Translations under genes and position numbers: made by a program
The notes under the pieces: generated by a model
Database searches by the model: none
What the model saw: only the letters and a program-made list of their open reading frames with translations
What the model was told of the DNA's origin: nothing
In this document: one piece after another, positions 8,691-17,456 of the stretch
Layout of the letters: each line of letters starts with the position of its first letter
Numbering within the stretch: position 1 is the stretch's first letter
Virus record (IMG/VR): IMGVR_UViG_3300041411_000080
Coordinates: 62,001-126,000 of that record
DNA: 64,000 nt
Strand: one strand, 5' to 3'

Positions 8691-9173
8691 TTAGAGCTGT
8701 GTTAAGTTCTTGAGGATATTGCAAGCCGCAAGAACCTTCCCATGGTTTAACGTGGTGTAAATCCCGTTAGCCAAACACGCGTTCCGAGGAAGTGTGCTTT
8801 CTAAGATCTCGTCTATAACAAAAGGATCTATGGTAAAATTATCGACCACGAACTTAGCAACACGATGATCCCACCGACGAGGAATTCGTTCGGCAGCCTT
8901 CATGTATTTAAATGCTTGGTCTGGATTAAACCCGATTACCTCAAGCCATCTAAGACGACCTTTCTTGTACAACAACCGAGTCCGTTTATTCGACGGGACT
9001 GCTACGATGAAACCAACGCCTGGGCGATAGTCATCTGGTACAGTCTTAAGATACCAATCCCCAATCTGTTTAGGTATTGTGGATAGATCATCCTCTGTCC
9101 CAAAGTAACCAATAGATGTACCATTAGCTACTTGTATATCAATTTTGTCGACAGTGTTGTATGTAAGCACCAT
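8691..9173 (-). CDS. Hypothetical protein
   Basis: GGAGGGGG RBS before ATG 9173. Confidence 0.7.
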   Translation of the reverse strand: MVLTYNTVDKIDIQVANGTSIGYFGTEDDLSTIPKQIGDWYLKTVPDDYRPGVGFIVAVPSNKRTRLLYKKGRLRWLEVIGFNPDQAFKYMKAAERIPRRWDHRVAKFVVDNFTIDPFVIDEILESTLPRNACLANGIYTTLNHGKVLAACNILKNLTQL

Positions 9174-9225
9174 GTCCCCCTCCATTTTCAGAGTGGACTT
9201 ATCTATACACTACATTGAACACAAA

Positions 9226-9262
9226 AAAAGAAAAGGCATAAAGCCAGTCCCGAAGGACTGGC
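9226..9262 (-). terminator. Intrinsic terminator, cUUCGg loop
   Basis: GCCAGTCC-CGAA-GGACTGGC 9243-9262; minus tail TTTATGCC then T tract. Confidence 0.8.
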
Positions 9263-9276
9263 GATATGTTTGTCAT

Positions 9277-9681
9277 TTACCAACCAGCATCGGTCAGGAT
9301 TTTGTCCAGCGTAGGACTGCTCGCGCGCACAAACCCAAGTCTAAAACCACCGACCGGATTAAAGAGAGCACTACCATCAATAATAGATGGAAGTGTCCAT
9401 GGTGTAGTACCGGTAGTACCAGCCTGCTTCCGAGCCATAAGGCGATCCAGTGCATCGTGAATATTACTATCCTCACTCACACCACGAATTACCCAGTAGT
9501 TACGCTCATCATTGTAATGATCGATGACCTCTTGCATGGTAGGTCCTGGACCCATACCAGATCGTTTATTATCAAACGCCTTGCGAATGATAAGGCGAAG
9601 GTCAGAAGGGCACAGCGATTCCATCTGTTCCTTGGTCAGTTCGTAGAACAGATCTGTAACGGTTACTTCAGACATTGTCAA
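9277..9681 (-). CDS. Hypothetical protein, paralog of 9668..10123
   Basis: Shared LF-x2-[LM]T-x-E and G-x-GPT-x3-VI-x-HY motifs. Confidence 0.7.
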   Translation of the reverse strand: MTMSEVTVTDLFYELTKEQMESLCPSDLRLIIRKAFDNKRSGMGPGPTMQEVIDHYNDERNYWVIRGVSEDSNIHDALDRLMARKQAGTTGTTPWTLPSIIDGSALFNPVGGFRLGFVRASSPTLDKILTDAGW

Positions 9682-10123
9682 GTTCCTTAATGAACGGTAG
9701 TGCTGATTTCAATTTAGATACAACGAAGCGTAGATGTGGAGCGATTGTTTCATGGTAGTAAGGTGAGTTCATGAACTTGAACTGACCCATGTTGTAAAGG
9801 TCCATGTGATAACGGAGACTCGCAACTTTGAAACGGGTAGTATCGTTCCATGCCCCTACATCCGTGTACTGCATCGCTTTGTCAAGCATGTGCTGTAGGA
9901 GATCATCCGGTAACAGCCGCAGCTTACCGTAAGCGTATTCGTTCATGTAGTGGTTAATGACATCTTCCAATGTCGGACCATGACCTATACCGATTTCATG
10001 CTTCTGTGGAGACAGTGCCATAAAGACCGCCGTCATTACTTCATTAGGAATCGACCACCCACTGGTAGCTAGATCGATTTCCTCACGAGTCATACCAAAG
10101 AAGAGCTGTTGCATAAGGTTCAT
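9668..10123 (-). CDS. Hypothetical protein, paralog of 9277..9681
   Basis: As above; GGAG RBS. Confidence 0.7.
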   Translation of the reverse strand: MNLMQQLFFGMTREEIDLATSGWSIPNEVMTAVFMALSPQKHEIGIGHGPTLEDVINHYMNEYAYGKLRLLPDDLLQHMLDKAMQYTDVGAWNDTTRFKVASLRYHMDLYNMGQFKFMNSPYYHETIAPHLRFVVSKLKSALPFIKELDNV

Positions 10124-10126
10124 AAC

Positions 10127-10510
10127 TTACTCCAAAACGAAAGGGACTTCAGCCATTAACAAGAGAATCCACAATACCTTACAACCGAGGTGGATGAACT
10201 GATCGGTGTTAAATCCAATCTTACCATCACACTTCAAATAGTCGGTGATCGTGTGAACGATGAATTCTGCCATACCCAAGACAAACGAACCTGTGAAGAA
10301 ATAGACGAACCCACCATGCATCAAACCATGTGACGGTAGAACCCATTTCCAATAGGTCTTACCTAGTTCAGTCGTGTGATTCTTGGCCATAGCCACGAAG
10401 TCGTTTTGCAATGCGTAGTCAGCGAGGACGTGACCAAACATAAGAACGAATAGGTATTCGATGAATCCCCATGTTGAGAAGTGACCTAGTAGCCCGTCTA
10501 AAATTTCCAT
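10127..10510 (-). CDS. DUF3307-like membrane protein
   Basis: H-x-x-AD-x-x-LQ, HG-x-x-H, H-x-x-TD-x-x-K, DQ-x-x-H pattern with hydrophobic helices. Confidence 0.7.
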   Translation of the reverse strand: MEILDGLLGHFSTWGFIEYLFVLMFGHVLADYALQNDFVAMAKNHTTELGKTYWKWVLPSHGLMHGGFVYFFTGSFVLGMAEFIVHTITDYLKCDGKIGFNTDQFIHLGCKVLWILLLMAEVPFVLE

Positions 10511-11206
10511 TTAATTCATGTCTCTTGGGTTGAGGCCCGCGATCGTTTGATCTGCATTATAACAGAAGTGTTTATCGCAGTCAGTGGTGAGTACTTTGGG
10601 AATGTATTGTTTCAGTTGAGAGACCAGCATGATACGACCCAGATAGCTGCATTCGTCTGCACGGTTACAATACACATCGTAACGATTCAGAGTATCTTTT
10701 GGTTTCTGTACTTTACCCACAGGTGGGTCTTGATAACCCGGAACGTTCTTAATGTTCTTCATTAGGAAGTAATCTGCACGTGGACCAGTCCCATGCTTGT
10801 ACACACGGGTCTTACCAGTCGATGCATCCATGTAGAAGCCCACAGGAACGTACCAGTACGTAACGCCGGACTCAGCTGATGAACCGTAAGACTCATTGTA
10901 ATTCGTTGCGCAGATCGTGTCTAAGCAGACCACCTCTGTAAACAGACGAACTGCAACACCCACACCTTTATTAGGATCGTCCTTCTGAGTGTAACCTACT
11001 GTCGCTTCTTCGTAGTACTTAGCGTCACCACAGAAACCAAAGGAAGCCCCTTCAGTATAAACGCAATCGAACTCGTTCGGAGTGAACTTAGAGTAGTAGA
11101 TTGGCGTACCGAAGTATTGCATCGGTTCGGCTTTAGCCTTCTGCGAGTGAAGGGTCATAATAACCATGGCCAACACAATAGCTACCGCCCAATAGAACTT
11201 TTTCAT
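10511..11206 (-). CDS. Secreted cysteine-rich protein
   Basis: Signal peptide MKKFYWAVAIVLAMVIMTLHSQKAKA-E; 8 Cys in mature part. Confidence 0.65.
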   Translation of the reverse strand: MKKFYWAVAIVLAMVIMTLHSQKAKAEPMQYFGTPIYYSKFTPNEFDCVYTEGASFGFCGDAKYYEEATVGYTQKDDPNKGVGVAVRLFTEVVCLDTICATNYNESYGSSAESGVTYWYVPVGFYMDASTGKTRVYKHGTGPRADYFLMKNIKNVPGYQDPPVGKVQKPKDTLNRYDVYCNRADECSYLGRIMLVSQLKQYIPKVLTTDCDKHFCYNADQTIAGLNPRDMN

Positions 11207-11415
11207 TTAACCTTCCTGAAAGTATGATGGTAACGTGTAGTCTGGTTGCTACCTACGCAGTTAGGAGAGAACATAAGTTCCCAACCCAGATCAAGCATCT
11301 CCTGTAATTGGTGTGCCGCCATCGGGTGATCACATTCCATATCGGCGAAGTCTTCGGTGATGCCCATGCAAATGGCACTACCTACTTTCAAAAATACCTT
11401 TAGTTCTTTGTGCAT
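11203..11415 (-). CDS. Small protein, GWE...T[FY][KR][KR] (DUF4177-like) family
   Basis: LDLGWELM...HTFRKVK. Confidence 0.6.
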   Translation of the reverse strand: MHKELKVFLKVGSAICMGITEDFADMECDHPMAAHQLQEMLDLGWELMFSPNCVGSNQTTRYHHTFRKVK

Positions 11416-11798
11416 GTTTCATTCCAGTGATAACGGTCATCTGCGGTTACAAGAATCTCGACTGCCCACTCTTCCACCAGATGGGTATAGATCACGCGTT
11501 CGAGTTGCTTGTACAATTTCTTATAATCGTCCTTATAGTGCGTCCAGTCTGCAAAGATCATCTGGTGACCATGTTTCAACTCCAGATGGACATCTCGACA
11601 CTTAGGATCTGAGATAATGAACGTAGTCCATTGGTTACGAGCATTACGACGCCATGATAGTGATAGCTTAACTCCACGACGACAAATCCCGAGCTTAGCT
11701 ACATTAGAACCGTCTACTGCCATTTTGTAGGCTAGGAAGTTACCGACTGATTCTAACAGTAGTTCAGTGCGACGTTTCCAATCATACTTCTGAGCCAT
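11400..11798 (-). CDS. Hypothetical protein
   Basis: Coupled ORF in minus-strand operon. Confidence 0.65.
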   Translation of the reverse strand: MAQKYDWKRRTELLLESVGNFLAYKMAVDGSNVAKLGICRRGVKLSLSWRRNARNQWTTFIISDPKCRDVHLELKHGHQMIFADWTHYKDDYKKLYKQLERVIYTHLVEEWAVEILVTADDRYHWNETCTKN

Positions 11799-12018
11799 TG
11801 CTAACTACCTTCTTAAAAGTGGTACGGAATTTGTAACGGGTATCGGACTCATGTTTGTAAGTAGTCGGGTTATAGATCTCCCAACCATCACGATAAAAGT
11901 CGGCCAACATGATCGCATCTGGAATCCACTCACTATCAGTAGTAAGGAATCCACCGTAGACACTCACGACAAGGGTATCTTGACCCAGCATGTTACCTTG
12001 CTCATAAACCCAACTCAT
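11782..12018 (-). CDS. Small protein, GWE...T[FY][KR][KR] (DUF4177-like) family
   Basis: YRDGWEIY...TTFKKVV. Confidence 0.6.
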   Translation of the reverse strand: MSWVYEQGNMLGQDTLVVSVYGGFLTTDSEWIPDAIMLADFYRDGWEIYNPTTYKHESDTRYKFRTTFKKVVSNGSEV

Positions 12019-12263
12019 TTCAAGGTTCTCCGCTTATACGTGGTAATGTAGCAGTCACCGCCACCTCGGTAATCCTTGGAGTAATGCGGTAATGGTTGCA
12101 CGTAAATCTCCCAACCCATGTTCCACATATCAGAACAGCGTAACGCCCCAGGCGGATATTTAGTCATAAACGTTACAAAGTCATCATTGGCAAAGAATAC
12201 TCTTCCGTAATCCTCATTTTCCCAACCGGCTTTAAAGAAGTGTACATCAATTTCTTCAGTCAT
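12015..12263 (-). CDS. Small protein, GWE...T[FY][KR][KR] (DUF4177-like) family
   Basis: WNMGWEIY...TTYKRRT. Confidence 0.6.
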   Translation of the reverse strand: MTEEIDVHFFKAGWENEDYGRVFFANDDFVTFMTKYPPGALRCSDMWNMGWEIYVQPLPHYSKDYRGGGDCYITTYKRRTLK

Positions 12264-12277
12264 CTAACACCTCACGA

Positions 12278-12310
12278 AATAAAACCCTCTCCGAAGAGAG
12301 GGCATTTATG
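12278..12310 (-). terminator. Intrinsic terminator, cUUCGg loop
   Basis: CCCTCTC-CGAA-GAGAGGG 12285-12302. Confidence 0.75.
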
Positions 12311-12311
12311 T

Positions 12312-12629
12312 TTACTCGAAAGTAATTGCACCCTTAAGGATGTTAACCACGGTATCTTTCAAGACACGACGTTCTTCGGGTTCACCGAGGATACGTATCT
12401 GGTCATGTCTGACATCGTCTTCCCATACAGAGACAACTAACTCATCACCCTCAAGACCCACGTCCAATTTGTAAGGACATGCGCTAGAGGTCATCAGAAT
12501 TCTGTCACCCAACGGGTGATCATCAGCCTTTACCACAACTTCGATCTCTCGGTCGTGATGCATGAAGTGACAATGTACAGCAGCGATCAGTGTGGAAAGT
12601 GCGATGATGTTACCAGCGGTGGAAATCAT
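12312..12629 (-). CDS. Hypothetical protein
   Basis: Co-oriented packed ORF. Confidence 0.65.
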   Translation of the reverse strand: MISTAGNIIALSTLIAAVHCHFMHHDREIEVVVKADDHPLGDRILMTSSACPYKLDVGLEGDELVVSVWEDDVRHDQIRILGEPEERRVLKDTVVNILKGAITFE

Positions 12630-12631
12630 GA

Positions 12632-12871
12632 TTAGCCCTTCTGCGGCAGTTCGTAGAATTTGAGGAACTTATTCAGTGGCAAGCTAAACTTGTCCTGACG
12701 TTCAGTCGTATACTCAAGGTACACGGTGTTGTTCTTTACTTCGTTCAACTTCACTGCTTTTACTGCACCGTTCTTACGAATGATGAAAGTCCGGGTCAGA
12801 TAGTCCTCGAGGTTACCCAGTTCGCTTGCACGAATGTATTTCGGGGTAGGGAGGGAGAGGATGTCAGCCAT
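12632..12871 (-). CDS. Small basic hypothetical protein
   Basis: AAGGA RBS; ends LPLNKFLKFYE, similar to neighbour. Confidence 0.65.
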   Translation of the reverse strand: MADILSLPTPKYIRASELGNLEDYLTRTFIIRKNGAVKAVKLNEVKNNTVYLEYTTERQDKFSLPLNKFLKFYELPQKG

Positions 12872-12885
12872 GCTACAAAGATTCC

Positions 12886-13086
12886 TTATTTGATTAGGGT
12901 AAAGCTATCGAGAAACGATTTGAGTTTGATCTTGTAAGTATTGCATCGGTGGTAGTAGTTGCACACGGTAACGTTCTTAGAGTCTGAAGACTTAAAGATT
13001 ACACGCATCTTCTGACCACCGACATCGGCGTGGAACTCACAGCCCTCGTACTTCCAAAGATCTGAATTTGGAATGTCTACGGGCAT
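12886..13086 (-). CDS. Small basic hypothetical protein
   Basis: Ends IKLKSFLDSFT, similar architecture to neighbour. Confidence 0.6.
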   Translation of the reverse strand: MPVDIPNSDLWKYEGCEFHADVGGQKMRVIFKSSDSKNVTVCNYYHRCNTYKIKLKSFLDSFTLIK

Positions 13087-13089
13087 CGG

Positions 13090-14148
13090 TTATTCAGCGG
13101 GTTTGATCCCTTCGCGATCGAAGAGTTCGTTCCACTGCTCCTTCATGAAGCTGGAGTTCAGGACAGTGTGAACCTTCTGGTTAATCTGTCCGATACGGGA
13201 TGGATGGAAAATAGTACGGTCTTCACCGGACTTCAAGTATACGGCCTTAGCTGCGCGGAAGGCGAAGACTTCGGCTTCTTGGGTATAACGAGCCAAGGTC
13301 TCAGCATCAACGCCTGGGAACAAGCGATCAGCTACGACGGTGATGTGATCACGTACGTACTCGGTACATTTGGTATCGAGGTCCCATTCAGGATCAGCGG
13401 CCATCTCATCACGCAGTTCTTGCATGCGTTCTTCAGCGGTCAACTTCTTCTCTTCGACAACCGAAGTACGGGCCTGTTCCGATTCCAGTTGTTCTTGGAG
13501 TTGCTCGTTGAAAGCTTTGACGGTTTCGAGCATTTGTTCAACGAGTTCTTCGGTAGTTTTGGTACCATCAAGGAACACGCAGCTTGGTGCTGCACGAAGC
13601 TGATCATAAGCTGCTTCAATGCGGTCGTGCACGTCTTTAGCTTGGGATTCATAACGGTCCTTCTTACGTTCATCAGAAGCTGCACGGGCATCACGGATCT
13701 CACGTGGAGTATCCAGAATGAAAGTCAGCGGCTCAGGAATACCTTTGATGACGTAAGGCATCAACCCGTAGAAAATCTCAACCAGATGCGGATGAGTTGG
13801 CAGGTTGGCTTGAACGTTCAGGCACCATGTCGAGAAGATGAAGCGATCGGAGATGACCCACTTACCTGCATCCAACGCTGGCTTGATTACGTTCTTGACG
13901 TTCTGGATACGGTAACCCATATGCAGCATTACGTCAGTTTCAGGATGTACAACTTCATCACGCTTAGCGATCAGAGTAGCACGAATTTCCTCAGCAAGGG
14001 AAGGTTGACCATCAACACTACCCGGTTCACGAATAGCGACGTGTTCGATTTGATCACGTTCCAGGCGCGCGAGGAATGCTTTCATGAGTGTAGATTTGCC
14101 GGAAAAGTCTGGACCATCAACTACAACGAAAGTACGGTTGTTCGACAT
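13090..14148 (-). CDS. tmk: Thymidylate kinase with C-terminal extension (phiKZ gp188-like)
   Basis: P-loop DGPDFSGKST, REPG, SDRF motifs. Confidence 0.9.
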   Translation of the reverse strand: MSNNRTFVVVDGPDFSGKSTLMKAFLARLERDQIEHVAIREPGSVDGQPSLAEEIRATLIAKRDEVVHPETDVMLHMGYRIQNVKNVIKPALDAGKWVISDRFIFSTWCLNVQANLPTHPHLVEIFYGLMPYVIKGIPEPLTFILDTPREIRDARAASDERKKDRYESQAKDVHDRIEAAYDQLRAAPSCVFLDGTKTTEELVEQMLETVKAFNEQLQEQLESEQARTSVVEEKKLTAEERMQELRDEMAADPEWDLDTKCTEYVRDHITVVADRLFPGVDAETLARYTQEAEVFAFRAAKAVYLKSGEDRTIFHPSRIGQINQKVHTVLNSSFMKEQWNELFDREGIKPAE

Positions 14149-14185
14149 TGCAAATTCCTATCGATAACAAAAAATTAAAGTAATC

Positions 14186-14214
14186 TGTAGGAGCCCGTTA
14201 GGAACTCCTACAGT
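14186..14214. terminator. Hairpin CTGTAGGAG/CTCCTACAG
   Basis: 9-bp intergenic inverted repeat after the stop of 14231..14575. Confidence 0.55.
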
Positions 14215-14230
14215 ATACCTAGAGCAAGTA

Positions 14231-14575
14231 TTAATTAACTCGGCACGCCGTGGTCAGACAGTTATGCGCAAAGTAATGTTTAACAGGTGGAACAGGAGCA
14301 CCATACAAAGCGGACTCCTTATATTCATACTCCTTACCCAGACGCATGCTACCCACTTCAGCATGCATCGCAAACTTCAAGGCTTGAGAACCCAAGAGAG
14401 CTTCAGTACGATCTTTCTCGGACTGACTGGTATCTTTAGCGAAGTCAATAAACCAACGCCGCAGAAAGATATAGCGGTGGTAGTTCTCTTTGAAGTTAGG
14501 TTCTTTAAGAAACTCTTCAACATCCTTAAACCGTTGCTGGAGATCTTCAACGGTTAACTGTGCTGCTGGAATCAT
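14231..14575 (-). CDS. Hypothetical protein
   Basis: Coupled to upstream ORF. Confidence 0.6.
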   Translation of the reverse strand: MIPAAQLTVEDLQQRFKDVEEFLKEPNFKENYHRYIFLRRWFIDFAKDTSQSEKDRTEALLGSQALKFAMHAEVGSMRLGKEYEYKESALYGAPVPPVKHYFAHNCLTTACRVN

Positions 14576-14886
14576 GAACTTACCTTTTCCCAGATCTCCC
14601 TGAGAAGATCATTGGTTGTGTCACCCGGTTGGTTAATCCGACGGTAGTCATAATACGTAACTGGTTCCTTATCAGGAATAGCTACATACTCGACAGGATA
14701 GATGCGGTACTCGGCAGCACTACCTGCCCGTGAGTCAGTCAACCGTAAGAAGACTTCTGTTGCCATATGCATACCGAGTATAAAGGCTGGAAGCTTTTCA
14801 GGTGAGAGGTCCATAGACCCCTTCACCATCTCAACCTTTTCCTTTAATGCTTCGGATGCATCTTGAATGAATGCACCGCGACTCAT
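14572..14886 (-). CDS. Hypothetical protein
   Basis: Packed operon ORF. Confidence 0.65.
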   Translation of the reverse strand: MSRGAFIQDASEALKEKVEMVKGSMDLSPEKLPAFILGMHMATEVFLRLTDSRAGSAAEYRIYPVEYVAIPDKEPVTYYDYRRINQPGDTTNDLLREIWEKVSS

Positions 14887-14890
14887 TAAC

Positions 14891-15316
14891 TCAGCTCTCT
14901 ACTTCAGCGAACAGCGAATCGATGTGGGACAGCACACGCTTCATTTCAGCGGTATGGATCTTCGAGTTCACTTGAACCACGGTGTCTTTACCACGGGTGA
15001 ACACAGCGGACAGAGTCTGCGAACCACCCATAGGGATGCTCATGGAGATCTCGGTCAGATCAGGGTTCTGCTTGAAGCGTTCAGCAGAAGCTTCGCCACC
15101 AAGCAGTACGGATGCCGATACGAACTCACCATCCAACTTGTCTTTCTTCTTCAGCTGGTCCAGAGTGATACCGCACTTCTCCAGTACGACAGTGTTATAC
15201 AGATCAGCAGCAATACCGTCGAAACTGTTTGCTTCGCTCAGGACGTAGTGTTCGCCCAGGTTGTTAGCTTCAGCGAAAGCGCGGGATTTCAGATCGGTGT
15301 TGTTAGTCTTAGCCAT
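14891..15316 (-). CDS. Hypothetical protein
   Basis: AGGA RBS; highly biased codon usage. Confidence 0.75.
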   Translation of the reverse strand: MAKTNNTDLKSRAFAEANNLGEHYVLSEANSFDGIAADLYNTVVLEKCGITLDQLKKKDKLDGEFVSASVLLGGEASAERFKQNPDLTEISMSIPMGGSQTLSAVFTRGKDTVVQVNSKIHTAEMKRVLSHIDSLFAEVES

Positions 15317-15351
15317 GGTACGTATTTCCTATTTAGTAAAGTGAGGGGTGT

Positions 15352-16014
15352 TTAAGCTACGGAGGATTTGAAAGTGAAGGCAACTACTTTAGTAGATTCC
15401 GTCAACAGTTTTGCAAACTTGGTTTGGTGGTTTCTAGGACCACCCATACTGCAACTGGTAACATCAGCGCCGAAAGTACACGTACCTCGAGCCGGGGATA
15501 CTGAACCGTTAACGCGATATTCGATTATGACGCCTGATTCAGCTTCAGCCTTCAGCAGAGGTAGCCAAAAAGGTTTCTCACCGAAATAGTTGAGAGAATC
15601 CTCATCAATCACTTGATTCGAATGAAGTGCAACCAGTAACAGTTGAGGTACCGCTTCTACAGAGGTAACTGCTCTGGCTTCATTCAGGTCAGATACGTCG
15701 ATTGCGAAGAGTTCACCCATTACTTCGATGAACACCTGTGCCAGACTGAAGTCTTCAGACAACGTATCTGTAATCTTGATCTGGCCACTTTGGACCAGAA
15801 GATTCATGTTTGAGTTGCCCATCAGATCGAAGGTCGTCCCCACTTTCAACGGGGCTGTTTCGAAAACATGATCACGAGTATTGTACGTCTGGATCAACGA
15901 TAGTTTATCGTGTTTCAGTAGGAACAGCGAGTCATTACTTCCCGCCGGATCGATCACCGGAAACACCGGAATGGATCGTGGGTAAAGGGCATGCTGGCTA
16001 TTTACGATGGACAT
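15352..16014 (-). CDS. Protein resembling an internal segment of the phiKZ-type major capsid protein (start revised to MSIVNS)
   Basis: ETAPLKVGTTFDLMG...ITDTL...FAIDVSDL resembles chimallivirus MCP as I recall it; GGGGGA RBS. Confidence 0.5.
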   Translation of the reverse strand: MSIVNSQHALYPRSIPVFPVIDPAGSNDSLFLLKHDKLSLIQTYNTRDHVFETAPLKVGTTFDLMGNSNMNLLVQSGQIKITDTLSEDFSLAQVFIEVMGELFAIDVSDLNEARAVTSVEAVPQLLLVALHSNQVIDEDSLNYFGEKPFWLPLLKAEAESGVIIEYRVNGSVSPARGTCTFGADVTSCSMGGPRNHQTKFAKLLTESTKVVAFTFKSSVA

Positions 16015-16015
16015 G

Positions 16016-16636
16016 TCATTCCCCCGCCAGTTTGATAGAGGTTTCTTTGAACCACTCGTTGAATCGTGTCGCAGTGGTACCGAGCCCGATTCGCTTGTTT
16101 TGAGTGATGTTGTGCACCCACACCTGCTCACTGTCAAGGGAGCTAAGGTAGTACCGGATAACGTCAGTAATCTCGTAGCTATTAAGGGCACCGGCTGTAC
16201 GAAACGTTTCACGTGTAGCAAGGTTAGCTGCCTCACGCACACGGGGATCATTCAACTCGATAGTCCAGGTATCGTCATTGCACTTACGCAATGGGAAGTT
16301 GTACTTATCGAATACTGGAAGATCTACATCCACCATGACACGACCTAGTGGCGGGATGACGGCTGGTTCAATCGAACCAACTGTGTCTTGACCTACCAGC
16401 TTATTACCGTCCACACCGAACTGCTTACGGAGTTCATCACATTGAGCTTCGGCGTTAGCACGGAAGGTTAGGCCTTGACCACGGTCATTATCTTCGCGTG
16501 ACACGGCCGCTTTGAGTTCAGCAAACTCACCTGCTGGTAAAAGCTTGAGGAAGAATGGGTTAGTAACCAACTTAACCAGCCCTTCCATCAAGGTGTTACC
16601 GGCAAAACGTTTAAAGGTATCTTGGATATCGTTCAT
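16016..16636 (-). CDS. Hypothetical protein
   Basis: 4-nt coupling with upstream ORF. Confidence 0.7.
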   Translation of the reverse strand: MNDIQDTFKRFAGNTLMEGLVKLVTNPFFLKLLPAGEFAELKAAVSREDNDRGQGLTFRANAEAQCDELRKQFGVDGNKLVGQDTVGSIEPAVIPPLGRVMVDVDLPVFDKYNFPLRKCNDDTWTIELNDPRVREAANLATRETFRTAGALNSYEITDVIRYYLSSLDSEQVWVHNITQNKRIGLGTTATRFNEWFKETSIKLAGE

Positions 16637-17142
16637 ACGGTCAATACATCCTGCGGGAGAAAAGTTTTACCATCTTCAAGACCGACATATGCAGTCAGGT
16701 CTTCGAACACGTTAGATTGAGTAACGCACTGCATTGCGATCTGACCTTTATAGTTCACGATCTCATAGCTGACGTAGCCAGCTGCATCTTCTACCCAACC
16801 ATCAATACCACGGAAGCTATCACCATCCTTGAAGATCGAATAGATACCACCCAAGGAGTTGATCGATTCAGGATCTGGATTAGGGACGAATACATTCAAT
16901 GTAAGGTCGACCTGATATACAGCATGGTCACAACGCAGTACTTTGATCACAACGCGCTTGGTAGCACATTCAACCATTGGCTTACCATGTTCTTTACTGG
17001 CAGCATCTTCCGCCAGTTTAGTCAGACGCTTCTGCAAAATACCGATCACAGCTTTTGCATCGCTTGCGCCAGTATGACTGTAAGCATCTGGGCAAGTGCA
17101 AGGATGACCGCAATAACCAGTAGGGCAAGGACCCATTCCCAT
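16633..17142 (-). CDS. Hypothetical protein with N-terminal Cys cluster
   Basis: CPTGYCGHPCTC; GGAG RBS. Confidence 0.65.
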   Translation of the reverse strand: MGMGPCPTGYCGHPCTCPDAYSHTGASDAKAVIGILQKRLTKLAEDAASKEHGKPMVECATKRVVIKVLRCDHAVYQVDLTLNVFVPNPDPESINSLGGIYSIFKDGDSFRGIDGWVEDAAGYVSYEIVNYKGQIAMQCVTQSNVFEDLTAYVGLEDGKTFLPQDVLTV

Positions 17143-17456
17143 TATGATGTTCTCCGAATATGGTGGTAATCAAGTGGCGTATTGTGAGCGTATTCGTAGT
17201 GGTAACGTTTAGCCTGGAGTTTCAACTGTCGCAGGCTAGTCATTGGAATCCAGTGACCCTTAGCTTTATACCGACCACGATAACTCAGGTGGTGGAGATC
17301 GGTTACCGGAGTGATATGGAAATGAAGTCCACAGCACAACCAGAAGATATCGCCATTAGGTAAAACTCGGATGACCCGACCATAAAAAATGTGGTCACCC
17401 TCTTTATAGGTAACCACTGAATTACGGCGGATAGGACGCTTACACAGTTCTGGCAA
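17142..17456 (-). CDS. Basic hypothetical protein
   Basis: Packed ORF, TTG start. Confidence 0.55.
   Translation of the reverse strand: MPELCKRPIRRNSVVTYKEGDHIFYGRVIRVLPNGDIFWLCCGLHFHITPVTDLHHLSYRGRYKAKGHWIPMTSLRQLKLQAKRYHYEYAHNTPLDYHHIRRTS

Noticed and set aside
13168-14178. 336-aa plus-strand ORF; likewise 18455..19117
   Set aside because: Antisense to tmk and to the Tad1-like gene
16015-16251. Longest-ORF starts for 15352..16251, 7505..8275, 19713..20357, 43916..45256, 42478..43323 and 39601..40515
   Set aside because: They overlap neighbouring genes or terminators; internal ATGs have proper Shine-Dalgarno sequences or fit better
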